Assembly: GCA_024102815.1 (NCBI GenBank)
Contig: JAGFJJ010000069.1
Location: forward strand, 271,116 to 335,115
Origin: Phycisphaerae bacterium
Lineage (GTDB): Bacteria; Planctomycetota; Phycisphaerae; UBA1845
Direction: 5' to 3'
Length of the DNA stretch: 64,000 nt
How positions within the stretch are numbered: position 1 is the stretch's first letter; the number at the start of each line of letters is the position of its first letter. The notes below the pieces were generated by a model. It saw nothing but the letters and a program-made list of their open reading frames with translations, ran no database searches and was not told where the DNA came from. Made by a program: the position numbers and the translations under genes. Positions 1 to 9,764 of this stretch are shown here, in pieces.

Positions 1-1253
1 TCCTCCTGGTCGCGTTCGTTGACCTGGCCGGTTTCGGACTGATCATCCCGCTCCAGGGTGTGTATGCCGAACGGCTCGGGGCCAGTGGCACGACGCTCGG
101 TCTCCTCGTCGGCATTTACGCCCTGATGCAACTGGTATTCACGCCCTTGCTGGGGCGCTGGTCGGATCACGTCGGCCGGCGTCGCGTCCTGCTGATCAGC
201 GTGGGCGGCAGCGTCTGCGCGCACGTGCTTTTGGGCGTGGCTGATCTCGCCCACTCCCTTCCCCTTCTTTTTGTAGCGCGAACATTGGACGGGATCACCG
301 GCGCAAACATCTCGACGGCACAGGCCTACATCGGTGATGTAACTTCGGCACAGGATCGGGCCAAGGGCATGGGCCTATTCGGAGCCGCCTTCGGCGTTGG
401 ATTTGTCATCGGACCGGCGATGGGAGCCATTTTAGCCTCCCTCGGTAGTTCTGCGATGGGCGAAGCGGGAACGAGTTGGCCGGCATTCGGTGCCGCAGCG
501 TTGTCACTGGGGTCGTTGTTCCTTGTCTGGCGCCTGCTTCCCGAGTCAAGGCCGGCAGCCGCACCTGCCGACCCCGACAGGCCCGTCGCCCGCCACGCCG
601 TGCGCGTCCGCCACTTCCGAAAAGTCTTTGGTGAGCCGCGCCTTCGTGAACTGCTGATGTTGCTGTTCAGCGCCACGTTCGCCTTCGTTCTGCTGGAACT
701 GGCATTCATCCTGCTTTGTACGAAACGCTTCGATCTCGACTTCCTCGGAACCGGACTCGTATTCACGTACTTCGGTATTCTGATGGTGATTATTCAAGGA
801 GGACTCGTGGGGCGTCTCGCCAAGCGATATGGAGAGAGTCGCCTGATTGCCACGGGTCCGTTCATTACGACATTCGGATTCCTGATGCTCTCCGGAGCGG
901 CGGTGATTTCCAATCCCACGACGGGCTGGGTTCTGCTTATTGTGGGGTCGCTCCCGATTGCTTTCGGGCAAGGAATCACGGGACCAAATCTTAATGCCAT
1001 GCTCTCTCGTCACGCGGGACGCTACCATCAGGGCGGCGTCCTGGGTGTGTCGCAAAGCATCGTTGCCCTGGCCCGTGCGATCGCGCCCCTTCTGGCTGGA
1101 AGGCTTTATGATCTGGGACCGGCATGGCCGTTCCGCGTGGGCGCTGTCATATTTGTAGGCGTGGGGCTGGGGGCTTTGGCCGTTCTACCCGCGCAGGAGG
1201 CGGCCTTGCGGCGTTCGGCCGACGTCGGCGTATCGAATGAATCCTCCCACTGA
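1..1253 (+). CDS. MFS transporter, 5' end cut by window edge
   Basis: The frame is open from base 3 (LLVAFVDLAGFGLIIPLQG precedes the listed GTG at 60). Polytopic hydrophobic pattern. MFS motif-A-like GRWSDHVGRRRVLL. The stop overlaps the next start (TGATG at 1251-1255). Confidence 0.85.
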   Translation, partial: LLVAFVDLAGFGLIIPLQGVYAERLGASGTTLGLLVGIYALMQLVFTPLLGRWSDHVGRRRVLLISVGGSVCAHVLLGVADLAHSLPLLFVARTLDGITGANISTAQAYIGDVTSAQDRAKGMGLFGAAFGVGFVIGPAMGAILASLGSSAMGEAGTSWPAFGAAALSLGSLFLVWRLLPESRPAAAPADPDRPVARHAVRVRHFRKVFGEPRLRELLMLLFSATFAFVLLELAFILLCTKRFDLDFLGTGLVFTYFGILMVIIQGGLVGRLAKRYGESRLIATGPFITTFGFLMLSGAAVISNPTTGWVLLIVGSLPIAFGQGITGPNLNAMLSRHAGRYHQGGVLGVSQSIVALARAIAPLLAGRLYDLGPAWPFRVGAVIFVGVGLGALAVLPAQEAALRRSADVGVSNESSH

Positions 1254-2773
1254 TGACAGCAACCGATGCCATTAGGTCTCGTCTGAAATCCCAGCCCGTT
1301 ATAGCGATTTTTGCCCCGCTATCGCTCGCCGTCCTGTCGATCGCCGGTGGTTTTCTGCGATTGCGCGGACTGGGTGCGCCCTCGCTCTGGATCGACGAAT
1401 TGTCCACTTGGCATGTTTCGCAATTGCCGCTGGGCGAGAGTCTGCGCTGGCCTCCTGAGATTACCATTCCACCCCTTTATCAACTCATGGTGCGATTACT
1501 TGACCACGGACCGCACCCGCCCGAATGGCTGCTCAGATTGCCTGCCTTTGTCGCCGGCGTTGCGATCATTCCTGCTGTCTATTGTCTTATGCGCACCGCT
1601 GCTTCCAACTCGACGGCGCTCGCCGCTTCTGCGCTGGTCACATTCCAGCTCGCGCTCCTTCAATACAGCCAGGAGGCCCGTCCGTACACGCTCCTCGTCC
1701 TCGCTGCCGTGCTTTCTACCTGGTTCTGGTTTCAACTGGTGAGAACGAGCCGGACGCGGTATTTGCTCGGATACGTACTTTCGGCCGGAGCAGGGCTCTT
1801 TGCGCATCTGCTCGTCTTGCCCGTGCTGGCTGCGCATTTGACCTGGTGGGTGCTTTCTCACGAAGGCAGGCGTCAGGGAACGCGGCATTGGGCTCCCGCG
1901 ACCGCGTTGGCTCTCATCGCGATGCTGGCCTCGCCGGTTTTCCTGCGTGTGATTTTGTTCGGGACGACGGCGCGGGCGGCAGTCGGTTGGATCCAACCCC
2001 CGACCGTCCCGAAGGCGCTCGCACTCCTCGGCGCTGTCACCTATGGATGGGGCTGGATCGCGCTCGTGTCCTCATCCATCGGCATTTGGATTTTCATGCG
2101 TTTCAGGCAACTGGCGCCGCAACTTCCCGGGAGCGGTGATCGAAACGAAGTATCTGATGCGCGCGACGACCTGGTTCTACTGCTCTTGACATGGCTCGCC
2201 TATTCCTGGATTGGATTGCTGGCCTTCTCGTGGATCGTCCAACCGCTCATGGTGGAGCGCTACCTATTGCCTGCAGCCATTTCGGCCCTGCTGGTACCGA
2301 TCCTCATTGTGGAACGAATGCACAGATTCCTGGCGCCGGCCGTCGCATTGGCTGCTGTCTTGGCGACAGCACCGGCGTGGACAACATTCGGTACGCGTGT
2401 CGAGCCGGGCTTTCGGGAGCTCGTGGAGTTCGTCGAATCGGAACCGGGATCGACCGGTGAGCCCGTTGTTCTTGCTGTGGATCACGCAGATGTCCCCGGA
2501 TGGGACGAAGCACAGCGACTGCCGCTAACGTACTATCCCTTCAGGGATCGGCCGGTGCACTACCTGAAGCTCGACGCGAAACAAAATCCGCCGCCGGATT
2601 CGGTTCTGGAAGATCCACGCCGATTCTTCCTGATTGTCTTCCGATCCGACGCTTTGGAGTTGCTCGCGGAGGCAGGGCGGAAATGGGAACCGTTCGAGAT
2701 CGAGGGCCGGGAGTACCAGCAGTTGCCGTTCGGAACCCATCGCCTGATCCAGGTAGGTCCAAAGGATTATTGA
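1253..2773 (+). CDS. GT-C fold membrane glycosyltransferase, family 39 / ArnT-PMT-like
   Basis: 506-aa polytopic protein. It has an acidic first-loop motif LWIDELSTWHV (DE motif as in ArnT/PMT enzymes). QEARPYTLL is shared with the downstream paralogue. Soluble C-terminal region. Confidence 0.7.
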   Translation: MTATDAIRSRLKSQPVIAIFAPLSLAVLSIAGGFLRLRGLGAPSLWIDELSTWHVSQLPLGESLRWPPEITIPPLYQLMVRLLDHGPHPPEWLLRLPAFVAGVAIIPAVYCLMRTAASNSTALAASALVTFQLALLQYSQEARPYTLLVLAAVLSTWFWFQLVRTSRTRYLLGYVLSAGAGLFAHLLVLPVLAAHLTWWVLSHEGRRQGTRHWAPATALALIAMLASPVFLRVILFGTTARAAVGWIQPPTVPKALALLGAVTYGWGWIALVSSSIGIWIFMRFRQLAPQLPGSGDRNEVSDARDDLVLLLLTWLAYSWIGLLAFSWIVQPLMVERYLLPAAISALLVPILIVERMHRFLAPAVALAAVLATAPAWTTFGTRVEPGFRELVEFVESEPGSTGEPVVLAVDHADVPGWDEAQRLPLTYYPFRDRPVHYLKLDAKQNPPPDSVLEDPRRFFLIVFRSDALELLAEAGRKWEPFEIEGREYQQLPFGTHRLIQVGPKDY

Positions 2774-2786
2774 GTCGACCGGCCCG

Positions 2787-4397
2787 GTGCGCGACAGAGA
2801 CACTTCGAGGATGAGAGACGAAGCCGGAAAATCTCGAGGTGGATCGCGCAAGACACTTGAACGAATCGGCCCCATCCTGCTGATTCTAATGCTCGCCGTG
2901 TCTGCGCTCCTGCGGTTCTACCAGCTCGCCGCCCCAGATTATTGGCTGGACGAAGTCCATTCGCTGGTTGACTCCGCCGGGCGCCGCGCGGCGTTCGAAG
3001 CGCTGCCACACGGCGTAATCCTGCCGGGGATACCGACGTTCGATGCCATCCGCCCTGGGACCGGAACGGGCGAAGTGTGGTCGGGCATGCGCTTCGACAC
3101 GCACCCGCCGTTCTACTTCGTGTTCCTTCATCTTTGGCGCGGAGTGTTCGGCGACAACGAATGGGCCTTACGCTTCCCGTCGATGGTCTTCTCCCTGCTG
3201 ACGATTCTGGTCGTTGCATTGACCGTACGAAAGGTCAGCGACTGGTCTGGGGCGATCGCCGCCGCGGCTGTTCTCGGTCTTTCCTTCGCGTCAATTCGCT
3301 GTGCCCAGGACGCTCGCCCCTATGCACTCGCCATGCTGCTTCTGGCGGTAAGCTACTGGTCGCTATCGGGCATCACGCTGGGGACGAAAAGTCGCGTTTC
3401 CAACCGGGTCGGCCCTTGCGCCGCATATGCACTGAGCAGCCTGCTCGCGGTCCTGACGCATTACTTTTCCGCGCTGATTCTCCTGGGCCAGATACCGTTC
3501 GCCTTCTGTTATGCGCGCGGCCGGCGCCTGGGGTGGTGGCTCGTGTCTGCCGGGGTCGCTGTGCTGCTCTTTGGTCTGCTCTGGCTTCCCAGTCTGCTCG
3601 CACAGCGCGAGATCATCGAGTCATACCGCTGGATCAACGCCGACTCGCAAGGCCATGTACTTCGAACACTCATGCGCCTGACCGATGCGCCGTTGCGTTT
3701 GCTATTTGCTCAGGACCCGTTTCGACTCGCGGTCTGGAAGTCGATCCTGGGTGCATCCCTGGTCGCGGCCTGCGTGGTTCTTTCTTGGCGACGGAGCCGG
3801 ACGGCGACGTTTCTGCTCGGCGGATGGTGTGTCATCCCGCTCATCTGCTTTGCTGCGATCGACATTGCCACCGGCAAGGAGACGCTCAAACACTTGCGAT
3901 ACATTGCGCTGGTCATGCCGGGACTGGCAGCCTTGGCGGGATTCGCCTGGTGTTCGACTCGCCTGTCCGCGCGCACTGCGGCGGGCACCCTGTTCTTGCT
4001 TGTAGTACTCGCGACGATTCGCCTGCCGACTCCGGACAATCCGCAGAATCGGGCCGCTGCCGCATACATCGCTGAGGACCTGGGAACGCGAACGCTGATC
4101 ATATTCGACACGATTGGTTGGCCGCCGTTCTGGGCTGCGCAAACGTACCACAATGTCGCCTACTACCTGCAACAACTTCCGGCCCGTTCGGAGCCCTCGG
4201 TGCTCCTCCTTCGCGACCCACCCGACGAAGCGCTGGCGGACGCCATCGCCGGCTTCAATCGCCTCGTGGTCGTCTCCCCCCGCGTCGATACGGTGCCCAA
4301 TCCGCTCCCGCAGAAGTTTACTGTCGCGAAGCAGAGCCCGTATCTTCATCAAATCGGGTTCGTCTACGAGTTCGTGCGTCGAGGCGGTTCGGAGTGA
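2787..4397 (+). CDS. GT-C fold membrane glycosyltransferase, family 39 / ArnT-PMT-like (tandem paralogue)
   Basis: 536 aa, 13 nt after the previous gene. It has the same landmarks: YWLDEVHSLV, HPPFYFVFLHLW, QDARPYALA. Confidence 0.7.
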   Translation: MRDRDTSRMRDEAGKSRGGSRKTLERIGPILLILMLAVSALLRFYQLAAPDYWLDEVHSLVDSAGRRAAFEALPHGVILPGIPTFDAIRPGTGTGEVWSGMRFDTHPPFYFVFLHLWRGVFGDNEWALRFPSMVFSLLTILVVALTVRKVSDWSGAIAAAAVLGLSFASIRCAQDARPYALAMLLLAVSYWSLSGITLGTKSRVSNRVGPCAAYALSSLLAVLTHYFSALILLGQIPFAFCYARGRRLGWWLVSAGVAVLLFGLLWLPSLLAQREIIESYRWINADSQGHVLRTLMRLTDAPLRLLFAQDPFRLAVWKSILGASLVAACVVLSWRRSRTATFLLGGWCVIPLICFAAIDIATGKETLKHLRYIALVMPGLAALAGFAWCSTRLSARTAAGTLFLLVVLATIRLPTPDNPQNRAAAAYIAEDLGTRTLIIFDTIGWPPFWAAQTYHNVAYYLQQLPARSEPSVLLLRDPPDEALADAIAGFNRLVVVSPRVDTVPNPLPQKFTVAKQSPYLHQIGFVYEFVRRGGSE

Positions 4398-5485
4398 GGA
4401 TCGGTTTCACGCCAGTCCTCCAGCAAGGCGATCAGTCCGACGACGCAGATGCTCTGAACGAGCAGCAGTGATCCGGCCAACCAGTCGACTCGGGCAAGTA
4501 CTATGGACGGCAGGGCCGTCGCGGCCGTGGCGAGATAGATTGTCAATACGGCGGCGCGAATGCTCATCCCCCGCCGCACAAGACGGTGCGAGAAATGGCG
4601 GCGGTCACCGCGCAGTGGGCTGATCCCCAGACGGAGGCGCCGCACGACCACACTGATCACGTCATAAAGTGGAACGGCCAGCACAACCAACGGGACGAGC
4701 ACGCCGAACGGCTGAAGGTCCTGGCGGGGATCGTAGAAGGTCACGAGAATCGTCAGCAGGCTCATCAGAAACCCGAGCACCAGGCTTCCCGCGTCTCCCA
4801 TGAAGATTCTCGCCGGATGGAAATTCCATAGCAGGAAGCCCAGCGACACCGACGCGACCAGCAGGGCCAGTAGCGGCACGAAGAGCTGGCCGGCTGCCAA
4901 CGATGCGACTGCAAAGGTGACAGCGGCGATGGCCGCCACGCCAGCGCTCAACCCATCCATGTTGTCGAGGAAGTTGAAGGCGTTGGTAATCAAGACGATC
5001 CAGATCACCGTCACGACGAATGATACGATGGAAGGAAGGAACTCAAACGCTCGGATGCCGCAAGGCCCGGCGATGACACCCGCAACAAGAAATTCGGCCA
5101 GAAACTTCGGCCCCGGACCCATCGGGGTGCGATCATCGAGCAGGCCGACGACGTGCAGGACAATCACACCTCCGACGATGGCCAGCACTTGCGGAAGCTT
5201 GGAGGCCGCGCCGTATAACTGTTCCCCCAGCGCGTCCGGAACCCAGGTTGGGACCCCCTCCCGGGTCAGCAGCCAGGCCCCCAACACGCCGGCAAGAAGA
5301 GGGAGCAGGACGGAGAGTGCAATGGCAATCCCGCCACCCTGGGCTACGGGAGCGGCATGCTGCTTGTGGGCGCCGGGCCGATCGACGAAATCCACGCGAA
5401 TGGCCCAGGCACGAATGATCCCGGTCATGACAATTGACAGGGTCAGCGCGCCGACGCAGGTCCCGGCAAACAGAGCGAGCAACAT
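4364..5485 (-). CDS. Polyprenyl-phosphate sugar-1-phosphate transferase (MraY/WecA family, GT4)
   Basis: NAFNFLDNMDGLSAG and IFMGDAGSLVLGF motifs, multi-TM. The ORF is open to 5728, but the first TM helix starts at MLLALFAG (ATG 5485). ATG 5629 is an alternative start. The 3' end overlaps the convergent gene by 34 nt. Confidence 0.8.
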   Translation of the reverse strand: MLLALFAGTCVGALTLSIVMTGIIRAWAIRVDFVDRPGAHKQHAAPVAQGGGIAIALSVLLPLLAGVLGAWLLTREGVPTWVPDALGEQLYGAASKLPQVLAIVGGVIVLHVVGLLDDRTPMGPGPKFLAEFLVAGVIAGPCGIRAFEFLPSIVSFVVTVIWIVLITNAFNFLDNMDGLSAGVAAIAAVTFAVASLAAGQLFVPLLALLVASVSLGFLLWNFHPARIFMGDAGSLVLGFLMSLLTILVTFYDPRQDLQPFGVLVPLVVLAVPLYDVISVVVRRLRLGISPLRGDRRHFSHRLVRRGMSIRAAVLTIYLATAATALPSIVLARVDWLAGSLLLVQSICVVGLIALLEDWRETDPHSEPPRRTNS

Positions 5486-5784
5486 GGACACCGAGTCTAC
5501 CGACGCCCGGATCAGGTTGCCACGCGCAGCCGACCATCGGCCGAGCGTTGGGTTTCGCGTCCCATAATCCCGGGCAGGGTGCTGTCCGATCAACAACAGC
5601 ACAACGATGTTGCCGTGCCACCGAGGCATCTTGCGAATCCGGCAAAACTCGCAATGTAGGGTTGTCGATGGGACTTTCGGGATCAGGCGGATTTCGGACG
5701 GCCCCTTTACGCCGTTTCCGAACCGCAAGCAGCAGTTCCGGCTCTTCCGGGACGCCTCGACTCGTCACCCGGGGATGAATACTC

Positions 5785-6843
5785 ATGGGATTCTGGACCT
5801 GGATTACCGATCGCCTGACCGAACGACCTTCCCCGTCACCGCCGACCGGGACCTGCCGGGAACCCGCGCGTGGTGCGTCGGGCACGGCGACGCTGGAACG
5901 GGAGCCGTTGGCAGACTCCCGGCCAGGCACGGATGCTCCCTGGTGGATCGTCCCCGATGCGACGCTCATCGAACCGCAGGAGCCCCAGCGGCCTGAATTC
6001 AGCGCCGAGATTGTCGGACTGGAGAATCTGCTCGTATCCTATTTTGACGGCCACGACCTTTCCCTGCCGCCGCTGATGCGCGGCGCCGAGCGAGCCTTGC
6101 GGCTCCTGAGTTCCAGGGAATCCAGCCTGAGCGAGGTCGCTGAGGCCATCAGCGAAGACCAGGTACTTGCGGCGGCCGTGATCCGCACGGCCAATTCGCC
6201 CTATTACCGGGGTGTCCACCAGTTCACTTCCGTCGCCCCGGCGGTGACCCGCCTTGGGGTCAAGGCCGTCCGAACACTTCTTTTCCATGAATCGATGCGC
6301 GCGGCCACGTTTCACGCCGGCGAGCAAGACCGTCAACTGGCCCGCTGCCTGTGGGAGTGCTCCGTTGCCTCTGCCCACACGATGCGGCGGCTAGCTCCTT
6401 GCGTCGGCATTGACGAAGAAGATGCCTTCCTGATCGGGCTGCTGCACAATATCGGCAGCATCGTCACGCTCCGCGTCATCGCCAATTATCGCAACATCTG
6501 CCGGGAACAGATCACTCCCGAGATCTTTGACTTCCTCTGCTTTGTTTCTCATCAGGAATTCGGCGAATTGCTCGCCACTGAGTGGAAACTCCCCGAGGAC
6601 CTGTCCAGCCTGATTGCCAATCACCACACCGCAGTAGAGACCGATGATCCGCTCCGCAACCAGCGGCTCATGCTTCAGACCACGGAAATGATTACCGCGC
6701 TCATGGGGTATGCGTTGCCACAGCCCTATGATTTGCTCAGCGCCAAACAGGTTCAGGAATTGAATTTGCCGGACCACCCGGGTTGGCCCAGCGTGCTCGA
6801 AGGACTGCCCGAGGAAGTCGAAGAAGCCGTCTCATTCTCTTAG
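5785..6843 (+). CDS. HDOD domain protein
   Basis: HDOD-like core: SLSEVAEAISEDQVLAAAVIRTANSPYYRG, LIGLLHNIGSIV, SHQEFGELLATEWKLPEDL, ANHH. ATG at 5785. About 70 aa of low-complexity N-terminus. Confidence 0.8.
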   Translation: MGFWTWITDRLTERPSPSPPTGTCREPARGASGTATLEREPLADSRPGTDAPWWIVPDATLIEPQEPQRPEFSAEIVGLENLLVSYFDGHDLSLPPLMRGAERALRLLSSRESSLSEVAEAISEDQVLAAAVIRTANSPYYRGVHQFTSVAPAVTRLGVKAVRTLLFHESMRAATFHAGEQDRQLARCLWECSVASAHTMRRLAPCVGIDEEDAFLIGLLHNIGSIVTLRVIANYRNICREQITPEIFDFLCFVSHQEFGELLATEWKLPEDLSSLIANHHTAVETDDPLRNQRLMLQTTEMITALMGYALPQPYDLLSAKQVQELNLPDHPGWPSVLEGLPEEVEEAVSFS

Positions 6844-6966
6844 ATAAGAGCGGTCGTGGAGAGGAGCATTCATTCACGACGAGGGTGCGGCTCCGTCGCT
6901 CCAACAGTCGATCCTCGGACGCGCAAGCGGTCGGCCCGCACCAACTGATCGCTCTGAATGTTCCAA

Positions 6967-7704
6967 TCAGGATGCAATCGTCAACGTGGACCGTTGAGAA
7001 GTGCCGCCGCGCTGACCATCTCCCCGCACACCCGGTTTGATCGGCATGTCCGCCCGCCGCGCGGGCGCAGCTTGGGCCGCGTTGATCGCCCTGCGCCACG
7101 CCGCCTTCTCCGCATCGGTAAGCAATTCCGCCAGGCGCGGGCGCATTCGCTTGGCTTTGGTCCGCTTCCAGGACTGCGGTTCTTTCCCATCTTCGCACAG
7201 TCCGGCGTCCATGAGTCGCGTTAGAATGTCGAACAGAACTTTGCCCATTTCGACAGTCATGCGCTCCAGTCGGATCTCGCGGTAAAGGCGATCCATCGCT
7301 TGCCCGACAGCGCGACGAGAACTCAGCTTTCGAAGATACCCATCGGGGAGGTTGGAAATGTCGTTTCGCTTTCGCGCCGCTTTGGCGGCAAGCTGGCGCT
7401 GACGACGCACCTCGGCCAACTCTGGATCGTGGAAAATGCAGAAGTCGCTGCCTTCGCGAATCGTGCCCCGGCAACGTCGACCGGATCGCGTTTTGGCCAG
7501 GCAGCGGCGATCGTAGGGCAGGCGACACGTCGCCGTCGGCGGTGTCCCCGGTCGAGGGGTCTCCGCTCGCTCAACCCCAGACTCGGTCTGCAATGATTCC
7601 CAGAGGAGCGATGCTGGCCCGCGCGGCTGGTGTGTCTTTTTCACGACCCGGACTCCCCTTCGCAGCGCCCGTCCCCTACCGAACGCCAAGGCTCGGTCCC
7701 CCAT
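6967..7704 (-). CDS. Hypothetical basic protein with Cys/His motif
   Basis: Longest ORF in the region, ATG start. Motif CLAKTRSGRRCRGTIREGSDFCIFH (C-x9-C-x11-C-x2-H). Arg/Lys-rich helical remainder. No family recognised. Confidence 0.5.
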   Translation of the reverse strand: MGDRALAFGRGRALRRGVRVVKKTHQPRGPASLLWESLQTESGVERAETPRPGTPPTATCRLPYDRRCLAKTRSGRRCRGTIREGSDFCIFHDPELAEVRRQRQLAAKAARKRNDISNLPDGYLRKLSSRRAVGQAMDRLYREIRLERMTVEMGKVLFDILTRLMDAGLCEDGKEPQSWKRTKAKRMRPRLAELLTDAEKAAWRRAINAAQAAPARRADMPIKPGVRGDGQRGGTSQRSTLTIAS

Positions 7705-7988
7705 CTCGACGGCTCATCCCGGCCACCGAAACGTGGAGAGAAGCCCTTTCAGCGCCGATGCTCCGATCGGCTCAAATGAGGCAGCTGACGGACCAACGTG
7801 TTCATACTACCTGATTTCCAGGTGTCAGCAAGGACGAACCGGCGTTTTCAATGCTGTGAATTGGATCAATTCACAAGGGAGAAACGCAGGACTGATGGCC
7901 ACCCATCGGGACGAATCCTGCACGTCTTGTACTCTCAGGCTGTCGAAGAGCTTTCCAGTTTCGCGCGATGCAGGGACGCTCGGTAAGA

Positions 7989-8834
7989 TCACTGCCCCAC
8001 GCGGGCCGCCGAGGTCTCTCGCGATAGCTCCTCGATTCGCTTTTCTGCGAATCGCGTATTGGCAAGGTGGGTGGACTCGTTCTCCACGGCGGCATGGTAA
8101 AGCTCGAGGGCCCGTTCACGGTCGTGCAGCCGGTAGTCATAGACGGTGGCCGCTTCAAACCGTGCAGGGTGCGGCGTCTGCGGATCCCATTCCCAGGCGC
8201 GCTCGAACCACTTGGCGGCAAGCTCGTCCTGATCGGGCAGATACTCCTTGTGAATCTCGCCCAGCATGTAGGCCGCGTCATCAATCTTGTCGCTGGAAGG
8301 ATACTGCTCGATCAACTTGCGAAATGTCTGTGCGGCCTCAACCATGACATCTTCGCGATACAGCGCCGGCACTCCGTGTCCGCCGCGGCGCATCTCCTTG
8401 AGTCCCTGCTCGTACAGGGCATCCGCTTCCGGAATGGACTCTGTTGGTCGAAGCTTATCTGAGGCCACCTCGGCCTCCATCAAATACCGGAATGCCTTAA
8501 CGCGTTGCAGGCCCTCCATTTCATAGGCAGCCCAGTTGGCCTTTTGCGCGTCGCCGTGCTCGCGATAATACCGCTCGAGACGTTTCAGGCCCCGGTGGTA
8601 GCCCTGGCGGTGGGCGACCATATCCTCGACGAGATCAGCCTCCGTGGAATCGACCACACGGATGTCCGCCGAGGCGTCATCGGACGCCGTGCGGGTGTCG
8701 TTCCATGTCTCCAGCGGACCCTTGGGGCGCTGCTTGCCCGGGAATGCGTATTGCACGTTGCAGGCGGAAAGGACAAGTGGCGCAACCGACGCCAATAGGA
8801 CGAAGATTGATCGCAGAACTGGTCGCGTGTTCAT
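7989..8834 (-). CDS. TPR-like lipoprotein (BamD/YfiO-like, tentative)
   Basis: Internal ATG 8834 gives MNTRPVLRSIFVLLASVAPLVLSAC (lipobox LSAC); the ORF is open to 8948. Helical TPR-like repeats (AAQTFRKLIEQYPSSDKIDDAAYMLGEIH, AAKWFERAWEWDP). Confidence 0.6.
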   Translation of the reverse strand: MNTRPVLRSIFVLLASVAPLVLSACNVQYAFPGKQRPKGPLETWNDTRTASDDASADIRVVDSTEADLVEDMVAHRQGYHRGLKRLERYYREHGDAQKANWAAYEMEGLQRVKAFRYLMEAEVASDKLRPTESIPEADALYEQGLKEMRRGGHGVPALYREDVMVEAAQTFRKLIEQYPSSDKIDDAAYMLGEIHKEYLPDQDELAAKWFERAWEWDPQTPHPARFEAATVYDYRLHDRERALELYHAAVENESTHLANTRFAEKRIEELSRETSAARVGQ

Positions 8835-8973
8835 AGCGGGCCCTTCGATAAACCAAGAAAGAAACCCCGCACCAAAGCGAGAATGGGCATTACACGACTG
8901 CCGAAACTCCCTGTCAAACCACGATGCCCCTGCGAGGCTCCGTAACACCCGGAAGTCCTTTCGCCTACGCCGG

Positions 8974-9708
8974 TTACCACTGCGCCTCCTCGAATGCCCC
9001 GAGCTTGGCCGCCGGCTTGGAGGGGCGACTCTTGAGGATCGCCGAAGCCAGCGCGAGATCGGCCCGCGTCGTGATCTTCAGGTTCGTCGAATCGGAGATT
9101 ACGGCCGTGACCGGATGCCCGGCCCGCTCGACGAGCTCTGCATCATCCGTGACGTCTTTGTCGGATTCCGTCAGCGCTGCATAGGCCTGGCTGATAATGT
9201 CCTTTCGAAAGACCTGAGGCGTCTGTGCTTCGTAAAGTCCGGCCCGGGGAACCGTGCTCTCCACGAGGTTTGCCGTTCCCACGCGCTTGATCGTCCCCGA
9301 AAGGGGGACGGCAAGAATCGCGGCGCCGCTCTTCGCTGCCGCAGCAAAAACGGCGTCGATATGCTCGGAAGTAACACACGGTCGCGCGGCATCGTGCACG
9401 GCGACGAATTCGGCGTCGTCGGACAGTTCGCCCAGCGCCGCGGCCACCGTATCGCAGCGCCGTGCTCCGCCCGTCACGGTCTTGACACCCATGAACGCCA
9501 GATTCGCGCCATATTGGGTCCTCATCGCCTCGTCGTCCTCGGGAGCGACACCGAGAAGAATCTGGCAGATGTCCTCACGGCGGATGAAATGCTCAACGGT
9601 CCGCAGGAATACAGGCCGCCCGTCCAGCTTGGAAAAGATCTTGTTCTCGCCGCCGCCGAACCTCTCCCCCTTGCCTGCGGCGGGAATGATCACTGCGATC
9701 TTCGGCAT
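8974..9708 (-). CDS. ispD: 2-C-methyl-D-erythritol 4-phosphate cytidylyltransferase
   Basis: N-terminus MPKIAVIIPAAGKGERFG, and an IspD-like pattern throughout (VHDAARPCV, PQVFR). Confidence 0.9.
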   Translation of the reverse strand: MPKIAVIIPAAGKGERFGGGENKIFSKLDGRPVFLRTVEHFIRREDICQILLGVAPEDDEAMRTQYGANLAFMGVKTVTGGARRCDTVAAALGELSDDAEFVAVHDAARPCVTSEHIDAVFAAAAKSGAAILAVPLSGTIKRVGTANLVESTVPRAGLYEAQTPQVFRKDIISQAYAALTESDKDVTDDAELVERAGHPVTAVISDSTNLKITTRADLALASAILKSRPSKPAAKLGAFEEAQW

Positions 9709-9764
9709 GACCGGTTCTCCTTCCAGACGACAAATGGAACGATCGAAACCGACCGGCTATTACG

